Source: Heterodontus francisci (Eukaryota). From it: a DNA stretch of 64,000 bases. The stretch spans positions 682,001 to 746,000 of the forward strand of contig NW_027142279.1 in the NCBI RefSeq assembly GCF_036365525.1, written 5' to 3'. This document shows, in pieces, positions 38,335 to 49,899 of the stretch. Position numbers and translations under genes: made by a program. The notes under the pieces are model-generated. The model saw nothing but the letters and a program-made list of their open reading frames with translations, made no database searches and was not told the DNA's origin. Each line of letters begins with the position of its first letter. The stretch's first letter is position 1.

Positions 38335-40968
38335 GAATGGGGTCAGTGAGTGGAGTCAATGAGTGGAGTCAGTGAGTGGGATCAGTGTGTGGGGTCAGTG
38401 AGTGAGGTCACTAAGTGGGGTCAGTGAGCGGAAGCAGTAAGTGGAGTCAGTGAGTGGAGTCAGTGTGCATAGGCAGTGAGTGGAGTCTGTACGTGGAGGA
38501 GTGAGTGGGGTCAGTGAGCGGGGACAGTGAGTTGATGTAGTGGTGGAGTCAATGAGTGGAGTCACTGAGCGGAGGCAGTGAGTGGAGTCTGTAATTGGAG
38601 TCCATATGTGGTGTCATTGAGCTGGGACAGTGAGTGGAGGCAGTGAGTGGAGTCAGTGAGCGGATTCAGTGAGACGGGACATTGAGTGGAGGCAGCGAGT
38701 GGAGTCAGTGAGCGGAGTCAGTGAGCGGAGGCACTGAGTGGAGTCTGTGAGTGGAGTCCTTGAGTGGTGTCTGTGAGTGGGGATGGTGAGTGGAGTCAGT
38801 GAGCAGGGTTAGTGAGCGGGGTTGGTGAGCGGTGCCAGTGGGGAGTCAGTGAGTGGGATCAGTAACTGGGGTCAGTGAGCGGGGTTAGTGAGTTGGTTCA
38901 GTGCGTGGGGTCAGTGCGTGGAGTCAGTGAGTGGAGTCACTGAGTGATGTCACTCAGTGGAGTCAGTGAGTGAGGTCAGTGAGTGGAGTCAGTGTGTGGA
39001 GTCACTGAGTGGTGTCACTCAGTGAAGTCAGTGAGTGAGGTCAGTGAGTGGAGTCAGTGTGCGGGGTTAGTGAGCGGGGTCAGTGCGTGCGGACAGTGAC
39101 TGGAGTCAGTGAGTGGAGTCACTGAGTGGAGTCACTGAGTGGAGTCACTGAGTGGAGTCAGTGAGCGGGGTTAGTGAGCGGGGTCAGTGCGTGCGGTCGG
39201 TGACTGGAGTCAGTGAGTGGAGTCACTGAGTGGTGTCACTCAGTGGAGTCAGTGAGTGAGGTCCGTGAGTGGAGTCAGTGAGCGGGGTTAGTGAGTGGGT
39301 TCAGTGCGTGGGGTCAGTGCGTGGAGTCAGTGAGTGGAGTCACTGAGTGATGTCACTCAGTGGAGTCAGTGAGTGAGGTCAGTGATGGAGTCAGTGAGCG
39401 GGGACAGTAAGTGGAGTCAGTGAGCCGGGTTAGTGAGCGGGGTTAGTGAGTGGCATCAGCGAGTGGGGTCAGTGACCGGGTTACTGAGCGGGGTCAGTGC
39501 GTGCGGTCAGTGACTGGAGTCAGTGAGTGGAGTCAGTCAGTGGAGTCACTCAGTGGAGTCAGTGAGTGAGGTCAGTGAGTGGAGACAGTCAATGGTGTCA
39601 GTGAGTGGAGTCAGTGAGTGGGGTCAGTGAGTATGGATAGTGAGTGGAGTCAGTGGGTTGGGTCAGTGAGAGGAGTCAGTGAGTGGTATATGTGAGTGGG
39701 GTCAGTGAGTGATGACAGTGAGTGGAGTCAGTGAGTGGGGTCAGTGAGTGGGGTCAGTGGAGTCAGTGAGTGGGGTCAAAGAGAGGAGTCAGTGACTGGT
39801 GTCAGTGGGTGGGGTCAGTGAGAGGAGTCATTGAATGGGGCCAGTGAGTGGGGTCAGTGAGTGGAGTCAGTGAGTGGTGTCAGTGAGTGGGGTCAGTGTG
39901 TGGGGACAGATGAGTGGAGTCAGTGAGTGGGGTCAATGAGTGGGGTCAGTGAGCGGGGTCAGTGAGAGGGGTCAGTGAGTGGGGTCAGTGAGTGGGGACA
40001 GTGAGTGGGGACAGTCAGCGGAGTCAGTGAGTGGAGGCATTGAGTGGAGTCTGTGAGTGGAGTCCGTGAGTGGTGTCAGTGATCGGGGACAGTGAGTGGA
40101 GTCAGTGAGCAGGGTTAGTGAGCGGGGTCAGTGAGCGGGGTCAGTGGGGAGTCAGTGAGTGGGATCAGTAAGTGGGGTCAGTGAGTGGGGACAGTGAGTG
40201 GAGTCAGTGAACGGGATTAGTGAGCGGGGCTAGTGAGCGGGGTCAGTGAGTGTGGTCAGTGACCGGGGTTAGAGAGAGAGGACAGTGCGTGCGGTCAGTG
40301 ACTGGAGTCAGTGAGTGGAGTCACTCAGTGGAGTCACTCAGTGGAGTCAGTGAGTAGGGTCAGTGAGTGGGGTCAGTGAGTTTAGACAGTGAGTGGAGTC
40401 TGTGAGTGGTGTCAGTGAGTGGCGTCAGTGAGTGGGGTCAGTGAGTGTGGACAGTGAGTGGAGTCAGTGAGTTGAGTCAGTGAGAGGAGTCATTGAGTGG
40501 TGTCAGTGAGTGGGGTCAGTGAGTGGGGACAGTGAGTGGAGTCAATGAGTGGGGTCAGTGAGTGGTGTCAGTGAGTGGGGTCAAAGAGAGGAGTCAGTGA
40601 CTGGTGTCAGTGGTTGGGGTCAGTGAGAGGAGTCTGTGAGTGGGGTCAGTGAGTGGGGTCAGTGAGTGGAGTCTGTGAGTGGGGTCAGTGAGTGGGGTCA
40701 GTGAGTGTGGACAGTGAGTGGAGTCACTGAGTGGGGTCAGTGAGAGGAGTCAGTGAGTGGTGTTAGTAAGTGGGGTCAGTGAGTGGGGACAGTCAGTGGA
40801 GTCAGTGAGTGGGGTCAGTGAGTGGGGTCAGTGAGCGGGGTCAGTGAGAGGGGTCAGTGAGTGGGGTCAGTGCGAGAGGACAGTGAGTGGAGTCAGTGAG
40901 AGAGGACAGTGAGTGGAGTCACTGAGTGGTGTCAGTGAGCGGGGTCAGTGAGAGGAGTCAGTGAGTGG
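38335..40968 (+). repeat. 13-bp G-rich satellite (GGAGTCAGTGAGT / GGGGTCAGTGAGT), >2.6 kb, running into a gap
   Basis: Roughly 200 diverged units, directly visible. Confidence 0.95.
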
Positions 40969-43019
40969 NNNNNNNNNNNNNNNNNNNNNNNNNNNNNNNN
41001 NNNNNNNNNNNNNNNNNNNNNNNNNNNNNNNNNNNNNNNNNNNNNNNNNNNNNNNNNNNNNNNNNNNNNNNNNNNNNNNNNNNNNNNNNNNNNNNNNNNN
41101 NNNNNNNNNNNNNNNNNNNNNNNNNNNNNNNNNNNNNNNNNNNNNNNNNNNNNNNNNNNNNNNNNNNNNNNNNNNNNNNNNTCTATCTATTGTTCCATTT
41201 GTCTATCCATCCATCGCTCTATCGATCCCTCCAGCTATCGATATATATCTCTATTTATCTATTTATCTCTATTCACTCTGAAATCGATATATATTTGTCA
41301 TCGATCGACTTATCTGACTCTTATCTGTCTAAGTGTATATTCATCCCTCTGTTGTTTATCATATATCTAACGTCATTGTTTACATCTCGCAGTTACATCA
41401 GTGATATATCATGATTTGCTATTTTGTTGATATTGTTGCATCTTCTTGTTCTCCTTCGATTCAGATTATATCAATACAATATTAATGGTTAAAATGCTCC
41501 ATCCATGTGATAAGGCTCTTTTCGTGAAGGTAGCCTCTACATTTTAAGAACAGATTACAAGGCAGGGTAAATGGGTTCACGATACAATTGAAAGAATGGA
41601 CGGAGGATTCTGACAAGGAGTTGTTCATAGCTCCCTATTCTACATGCCCCTGATGATTCATACAATGCAAATACGAGACAACTCCCCAGATAGGTCTCTC
41701 ACTGGAACAGATTCCTAATTTGGCGGTTTTGAGCAACTGTTGACAATTGTTAACCAACTTGTCTTTCAGACATTCGGTGTCTTTTGAACAACTTTTAAAG
41801 CATCTGAGAGTTCGGCCCAGGCAAGAATTTAACCCTTCAATTCTCGTTTAGGAGACAGGGAAAATAAGTATTTCTCTGACTAAAACAAACAAGCCCCTTG
41901 ATGCATCTTCGATAGTTATTGAATCATTCAGCACTGACCAAAGTCATTCGATCAATCGAGCCTGGGCTGGCTGTTCGAAACAGTTACCCAAAATAAACAA
42001 CATCATCCCTTGGCCATGGGCTGCAAGAAGTACAGAATCTGTTACAAACTGCTGGATTGCACATGAACTAAAGTAACCTGAGCTCAGACACTGGCCTGTG
42101 CTGGTGAAAACCAGTTTGAACTAATTAATTTATGTGACAGACAAGGGAGAAATCACAGGAATAGAGCCTTATTTGGAAACGGTGTGATACCAGCGTCTTT
42201 GGGCCTGGGCCAATAAGGACAAGATACGAACGAGGTGAGCAGGCCTAAACCAACAGGAAAGAGACAGCACAGATTTGAAGAGATAAGAAAGAGAATAAGT
42301 ATGGAGAGTCTCAGGCATAGAGCCAGCGAGAAACTCCAGAGACCAACCATCGTGGAAGTGGAAGACCCTGCGTGAGCAACACGGTGACGACGTCAAAGAG
42401 AGAGAGATCAGAACGTCTGGCCAGCATCAGCTCTCCCCTTTCCGGGAATTATCGTTTGTTTTCTGTGACGAGGTCAGGGAAAGGTCAGAGGAACCTCGTG
42501 GGTGTGCTTGTCAATTCTAGCTAGCTTTGTTATTAACTGTATAACCCAATTTGAGTTGCATGCTTTTGTCTAACCAAGTGTATAAGCCTTATTCTTACAT
42601 TGTACAACAACGTGAACAAAGTAACTTGGCAGTTAAAGAAAGGACTGAGTTTTCTCCTCTTTCTACTAAGCCATTAACTGTCGCTGGTGGATTAGGTGGA
42701 GGGTGGCTCTCCTGTAACCCCAATATCCCAAACACCCAGCCTGAGTCTGAATTAAGAGGACGAAGTCCCACGTAACGGCCAGGATTAAGTGGGTGAAGGA
42801 AATAAAGGGGCCAAGGGGGAGTTGACTCCGCGCCATGGTTTACAATCCTGTTCCCATCTCTCTGCATCTCAGCCCATCAGCACCTCCTTCTATTCCTTAC
42901 TCCCTCATGTCCTGATCTAATCTCCCCCTTAAATGCATCTCCACTATTGGCCTTAACTTACTCGCTGTGGTCGTGAAATTGAGCCCCCTGGTTCTAGACT
43001 TCTCAACCACAGAATCACA

Positions 43020-44730
43020 GAATTGTTACAGTGCAGAAGGAGGTCATTCGGCCCACCGTGCCCGCACTGTCTCTCTGGAAGAGAAATTCCCTCAGTCCCA
43101 CTCCCCTGCCTTCTCCCCATAACCCTGCACATCCTTCCTTTCCATATAACTGTCTAATTCGCTCTTGAATGCTTCAATTGAACCTGCCTCCACCACGTTC
43201 TCAGGCAGTGCATTCTGGACCTTCACCACTCGCTGTGTGAAAAAGTTCTCCCTCATGTCACTTTTGCTTCCCTTACCAAATACTTTAAATCTGTGCCCTC
43301 TCGATCCTTTCACGAGTGGGAAAAGTTTCTCTCCATCTACTCTGTCCAGATCCCTCATGATTTGGAAAACCACCATCAAATCACCTCTCAGCCTTCTCTT
43401 CTCCAAGTAAAACTGTCCCAACCCGTCCTTCCACTCTTAATGACTGAAATAAATATACACCTTGGCCCCTGTGCTCCTGCACCCCCTTTCGAGTTGTGCC
43501 CTTTATTCTCTGTTGTTCATCCGACCAAAATGAATCACTTCACATTTCTCTGCATTGAACCTCATCTCCACCTGTCTGCCCATTCCACCAACTTGTTTCT
43601 GTCCTTTTCAAGTTTGACATTATCCTCCTCATAGTTCACAATACTTCCAAGTTTCGTATCATCGGCAAACTTTGAAACTGTGCCCTGTACACCGAGGTCT
43701 AGGTCATTAATATATATCAGGAAAAGCAAAGGTCCTAATAATGATCCCTGGGGAACTCCACTACAAAACTTCCTCCAGCCCGAAAAACCATCCATTAACC
43801 ATTGCTCTTTGTTTTCTGTCACTAAACCAATTTCGTATCCATGTTGATATCGTCCCTTTTATTCCACGAGTTACAAGTTTTCTCACAGGTTTGTTGTGTG
43901 GCATTGTATCAAACGCCTTTTGAAAGTCCATGTATACCACATCCACAGCATTGCCCTCATCAACCCTCTCTGTTGCCTTCTCAAAAAAATTCCAGCAGGT
44001 TAGTTAAACATGATTTTCCCTTATGGAATCCATGCTGTCTTTCATTAATTAACTCGTCCATGTGACTATTGATTTTGTCCCGAATTATTTTTTCTAGAAG
44101 TTTCCCTACCACCAAAGTTAAACTGGCCTGTAGTTGCTGGGCTTATCTTTCCCCCTTTTTTGAATAAGGGTGTAACGTTTGAAATTCTCCAGTCCTCTGG
44201 CACCAGCCCTGAGTCTAAGGAAGACTGAAAAATTATGGCCAACGCCTCTGCGATTTCCATCCTCACTTCCCTCATCTCATCTGGTGCTGGTGCTTTATCC
44301 ACTTTCTGGTCAGACAGCCAATCTAATACTTTCTCTGCACCCATTTTAAACACTCTAGTGTCTGAATTACCTTCTCTTTCAACCAGAGGAAGCTTCTTAC
44401 CTGCATCTCCCCTGTCTATCCCTTTAAGGACTTTGTAGGTTTCAATGAGATCACCTCTCATTCTTCGAAACTCTAGAGAATACAGGCCCATTTTCCCAAA
44501 TCTCTCTTCATAGGACAGACCCGCCATCCCGGGAACATGTCGGATGATCCTTCTTAGCACTCCCTCTATGGGAATAATATCCTTCCGAAGGTCAGGGGAC
44601 CAAAACTGCACACAGCACTCCAGGTGCGGTCTAACCATGGTTCTGTGCAATTGAAGCAAGACTTCACTACTCCTGTACTCAAATCCTCTTGGGATAAAGG
44701 CTAACATAACATTAACCTTCCTAATTGCCT
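43020..44730 (-). mobile_element. Degenerate, nested CR1 LINE fragments
   Basis: Broken RT peptides ([34 protein letters not shown]) across several frames. Confidence 0.85.
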
Positions 44731-45593
44731 GTTGATGCTATATGTGAAGTTTCTACCTTCTGAAGCTCCTGCCAGGGGATATCATTTCTCCCTAACTACT
44801 CTATCGAACGGCTGTACCTCCAGGGTTAAAACATCCCATTAGCTTGCTCTGATCCAGGAAAACTGTCCCAGCGTCTCCAGTCTCTCCACATAACAACCGT
44901 CTCTCAACCATGGCACCATTCTGGTAAATGTCTCTTGAACCGTCCCTGGTCCAAGGGTAACAATGGCTTAGTTGCAATGTCACTGCGATAATAAGCCAGA
45001 GGCCTAGGCTGATGCCCAGTTTACACGGGTTCAGGCACCGGCACACCCAGTGCAACTTAAACCTGCCAATGGCCCAGTAATGTGCATAGCCCTGCTGCAG
45101 AATAGGTAAGGAGCCCAGTGCCACACAGATGGTGTTGCACCTACTTGCCTCAGGCCAGTGCTGCTTACAACGTTTGCCAGGAGACACACGGCATCGACCT
45201 CTGGCTATTCGGGGATGAAGGTGTGGATAATCTGGAATCCAGATGTCTATAAATTGGAAATCTACATGTGGCTAATGTGGGAATGCCGATAAGGCTCGTT
45301 GGGAATCTGGATATGTTCAATTGGAGAATTCTAATCAGTAAATTAAAAATTGAGTAACAGGCACCCTTGTTGGGGATGTTAACAACACTTACTCCAGTCA
45401 CTCAACCATCAGAAGCAACCACGTCCATTCTGATTGGTTGGGTGGTGGAAGGGGGCGTGTCCAACACTGCATCACTTCCTCATGCTCTTCATATTTTCCT
45501 CAATGATTTGTCAAGAGCAGGTTTGGACCCTCACAAGGCTTACACTCTGGTTCTCGCTGCTTTGCTTACTTCGAGAACAGCTTCAAGGGGAAG

Positions 45594-46087
45594 ATGTATC
45601 AGTCATTGGCTCTGATAATCCTTTTTCACTGTGAGTGAGTCTGAAATACCAACATTTTCTCTCATAACCTTCCTTTACTCATTCCCCCTTCCTTTTAATT
45701 TCCTAGAAATCCCCTGTTTACTGAACTCTTCCTCTTCCCCACACTCTCCCAGGTGTGAACTCGCAGACTATCCTCCAGACTCCTGCCGCTGTCTCCAGAG
45801 TTGTGGGGGAGGAAGTGGAACTGAAGTGCACTGTGGAGGGGAGCAGTACTCTTCCCTTGATCTGGTACAGACTATACCCGGGGAAGGAGCCTCAGGTTAT
45901 GTTTTACTCCACGGGTACTAATCACAAAAGTCCAGAGAAGGCGGTGGACGGTTTCACTGCCGAGAGACCAACTAGCACCCAGTTCAACCTGGAGTCCACC
46001 AGCCTGCGGGAGAATCACTCGGCCGTGTATTTCTGTGCCTGGAGTCTTCACAGTGACTCAGAGAGCTGGAGCAGGTCAACAAAAACC
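45594..46087 (+). CDS. TRBV: V15: family A V gene, leader 45594-45630, V exon 45753-46048, consensus 23-RSS; last intact V before D
   Basis: Open frame with Cys/Trp/Cys. CACAGTG 46049-46055, ACAAAAACC 46079-46087. Confidence 0.92.
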
Positions 46088-47442
46088 CCAAAGGCAGCAG
46101 GAAACACCTGTTGGACATACAATAGCGCGGTATTTCCACTTGAATTGATGCAGGGCCATCATATTTTTGACAGTAAGAATAGACGGGTGAGAATAAAATT
46201 GAGAGCACAGGTGCAGAGGCGAAGAGTCTGGCCTCTTTCTGTGCTGATAAGTTTTCTATCTTTCTATGAAAGATTAAGAAGGGTGGCACCACACTGAGGT
46301 TTTAACTATCAGGAGAGAATATCAGGAAAGCGATTGGGGTTTTATCCACTAACACGGTGTCTTCTTTCACTCAGATGATCAAACACACAACTCTCTTTGT
46401 TAGGAACAAAGGAAGAGGAGTGGGCCATTCAGCCCCTTTGTCCCCTTACATAGAAACAGGAGGAGATCATTCTGCAAATCTCGTAAATCTGCTCTGCACC
46501 CTAATAAGGAGCCTTACATTCTCCCTTAAATGTGGTGGCCAGAACTGGACGCAATACTCCAGCTGGAGCCGAACCAGAGCTTTATAAAGGTTCACTGCTT
46601 TTGTACTTAATACCTCCATTTATGAAGATCAGGATCCCATCTGCTTTACTAACCACTCTCTCAACATGCCCTGCCACCTTCAAAGATCGATGCATATGCA
46701 GCCTCAGGTCCACTGTTCCTTGCAAACTCTTTCAAAATCTGCCTTTTAGTCTATATTGCCTTTGCCTATCCCTTCAGCCAAAATGCATCACAGCGAATTT
46801 CTCCAAGAAGAGGGCCCTATAGGACCAGTAACACACAACTGCCTGGAAAACTGTTTATGAAGAATTCAGGAGGAGGTCTCTCAGTCTTTTAGAGCCTCTT
46901 ACAAAGGAACATGAGGAGGCCAATTACTCCCCTGCCTCATTGCGCACAAACAGGAGGAGGCTATTGATCAATGTAGAGCTTGTTAGTAGGAATTGGAGAA
47001 GGGTACTTAGTCCCCCTTGAGCCTATTAGTATGAACAGGAGTAAGCCATTCAGCCCCATTGAGCCTGTTGCACAGGAGCAAGAGGAGGCCGATTCAGTTC
47101 CCCTCTCAGTCTGCACAGGTACAGGAGGAGGCCCATTCAGCCCCTCGAATCTGTTAAATAGGAAATGGGTGAGGCTATTCAGCCCCATCGAGCCTGTTAC
47201 ATCTGAAGAGCCATCCACATGTGACAGTTTCGCTCAGGCTCTTGTATCCAATTGGGAAATCCAGATGTGGAGATCCGCGTTTCTGATTGGCAAATACAAA
47301 AAGAGCAATTGCGAATTGACAACCATGCTAATTCCGATTGGTTGAATGAGAGAAGGGGGCGTGACCAAACGTCCCTCACTACCTTGCTTTCCTCAATGGT
47401 TTGTAAAGATGACTTGATGAATAGGGAAAGGTCCAGTTAAAG

Positions 47443-47668
47443 ATGTATCTGTTACTGGGTCTGATGACCATCTCCCACCATAAGGAGCTTTATGAAAAAT
47501 AATGCTGCTTAATAATTTTCTTTACTTTATAATTTCCTTCTCTCCTTGACGCTTTCATTCCTCCCTTCCATCCTTCTTCCTCGATAATCCAGAGTGTCCT
47601 GGCGTCATTTTCGACCCATCTCTTTCCCAGATGTGAACTCACAGACTGTCCTCCAGAGTCCCACCACT
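47443..47668 (+). pseudogene. TRBV: V16: family A relic (leader plus first ~38 bp of V)
   Basis: Leader with AT donor. cccag|atgtgaactcacagactgtcctccag joins directly to post-RSS flank acctgtggg. Confidence 0.8.
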
Positions 47669-48099
47669 ACCTGTGGGAGATAAAGTTGCGCTGTACAGAG
47701 ACTTGATTTTTGTGCAGGGCGATGGTGTTTGTGACAATAAGAAGGGACCCATGAGAATAAAAGTGAGAGAATAAATATAGAGGCACTGGTAAAGATGTCA
47801 CTAATAGCCTGCTTCTGTTCCCTAAAACCTTCTGTCTTTCTATGAATGACTAACGGTGATGAACCCCAAATTGAGAAGATGTAAATATCAGGAAGGAATG
47901 ATCACTAAAAGCATTTAGGTTTCATCTCCTGACACTATCTTCATTCTCCACAGGGACAGCAGAGAGCGCTCTTGGACCGTCAAACACACAACAGCCTGCT
48001 CCCTGCTTATTCAGGACACAACATGGGAACATAGGGGATAGGAGAAGGAGTAGGCCATTTGGCTCATCGAACCGACTCATGGCTGATCACCTACCTCTG

Positions 48100-48680
48100 A
48101 GTCATTTCCCCCCACTATCCCCATCTCCCTTGATGTCATTAGTATCTAGAAATCAATCGCTTTCTGTCTCGAACATGCTCAATGTAGTCAGCCGAAGCTC
48201 TCTTGGGTAGAGAATTCCAAAGATTCACAACTATCTCAGTTAAAGAAATTCCTCCTCATCTCAGTCTTCAATGGCCTGCACCTTATTCGGAGACAGTGTA
48301 TCCTGATTCCAGACTGAATACGCTATCCACATCCGTCGTGTCACGTCTTGTCAGAATTTTGTAAGTTTCAATGCGATCACCTCTTATTCTTTGGAACTCC
48401 AGAGAATACAGACCCAGTTTCTGTAATCGCTCTTCCTAAAACAAATCCACCCTGCCAGGGATTATTTTGGTGAATCTCTGCTGCATTCTCTCTTTGGCAA
48501 GTATATCCTTCCTTCGATAAGGAGAGCAAAACTGTACACAATACGAGAGGTGCAGTCGCATCAAGGTTCTATACAATTGCAACAAGACATTTTTACACCT
48601 GTACTTAAATCCCATTGCAATGAAGGCCAGCATACCATTCGCCTTCGGAATTGCTTGCTGCACCTGCATATTAGCTGTTA
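48100..48680 (-). mobile_element. Old CR1 3' fragment
   Basis: Peptide KANGMLAFI..LLQLYRTLMRLHLSYCVQF. Confidence 0.75.
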
Positions 48681-49300
48681 GTGTTGTGAGTTCATAATGT
48701 TGTGTGTGATGCAACATAAATGAGAAGCGTGGAGTCCAGTTGGTTGAAGATCACAAACAAGTCTATTTACAGCTGAACTATAATACACAGTGCTGAGCTA
48801 ACTATTTACAGGACCTGCCTGTAGGTGTTCCAGTTACAGAGTGACACTGGCTACGAGTCACGTGACTACGTGCTGGAATTTATCTTATTAGCATCCTAAG
48901 ATCTTAAAGGGACATGAGAGAGAGATGGAGAGACGGACAGAGCAAGACAGAGGGAGAGAGAAAGATTAACACCAACGAATACAATAACAACTTCAGGAAA
49001 AAACACCAACAAATGCAGCAGCAACTTCAGCAGGCGACTAGCACCAAAAAATGCAACAACTTCAGCTGGAGACTACCAGCAACAAATGCAGCAACAACTT
49101 CAGCAGGAGACTAAGAGCAACAAACGCACCAACAACTTATACTTGCAGCCAAACAGATAGACAGGGGTGTGGCTTCCAATCAGGGAGGAAGGAGTTGTGA
49201 AAACCAAATCACTTACTTCAGTCTTCATGTAGCTCCTCACAGGACTCAAAGCTCTTGTTTCCACTGATTTACAGATTACAAACACAGCTTCCAGTAGAAG

Positions 49301-49337
49301 ATGTATCTGTTACTGAATCTGATAGCGTTATTTCAAT
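49301..49337 (+). pseudogene. V17: orphan family A leader exon, no V exon visible
   Basis: aagATGTATCTGTTACTGAATCTGATAGCGTTATTTCAAT|gtaagg matches the other 37-bp leaders. Confidence 0.75.
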
Positions 49338-49416
49338 GTAAGGGATCTTTTTCCCAAGTAACTTTTTGTGTTGACATTCAACATTTATCTTTTCGCAGTA
49401 CCCATTTCCCGCAATT

Positions 49417-49748
49417 AGGGGGAGCAGTAGATGGAGGTGCAGCTCTCATTGCCCACCAACAGGGGGCAGCAGTAGATGGAGGTTCAGCTCGCATTGCCCA
49501 CCAAAAGGGGGTCAGCAGGAGCTGGAGGTGCAGCTCTCTTTGTCTACCAACAGAGGGCAGCAGTAGACGGAGGTGCAGCTCTCTGCCCACCAAAAAGGGG
49601 GCAGCAGTCGATGGAGGTGCAGCTCTCAGTGCCCACCAACAGGGAGCAGCAGTAGATGGAGGTGCAGCTGTCATTGCCCACCAACAGGGAGCAGCAGTAG
49701 ATGGAGGTGCAGCTGTCATTGCCCACCAACAGGCGGCAGCAGTAGATG
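49417..49748 (+). repeat. Second type of 45-bp minisatellite (~8 copies) with CTCF-like core CCAACAGGGGGCAGC
   Basis: Unit gcagcagtagatggaggtgcagctctcattgcccaccaacagggg; shares cagggggcagcagtagat with the V-associated arrays. Confidence 0.85.
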
Positions 49749-49899
49749 GGTTTTCAGCAACAAGAACATGAAATGTTAGAAATCCTCAGTGCATCAGGCA
49801 GGATCTGCAGAGAGTAAAACAGAGCTACCGCTTCACATCAGAACCGGCAAACATGAGAAGCGTTTTGAGCAACTTAAATGGATGTTTGAGCGTGAAGAA

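Noticed and set aside
42040-42776. Possible solo LTR (TGTTAC...GTAAC)
   Set aside because: Terminal CA is imperfect and no target-site duplication is visible; not supportable without a library search.
81-46087. NAR-TCR, IgH or TCR-delta identity for the V genes
   Set aside because: Each V has its own leader, no V-D-J mini-clusters or leaderless supporting Vs are seen, no octamer promoter was noticed, and the linked C is beta-type.
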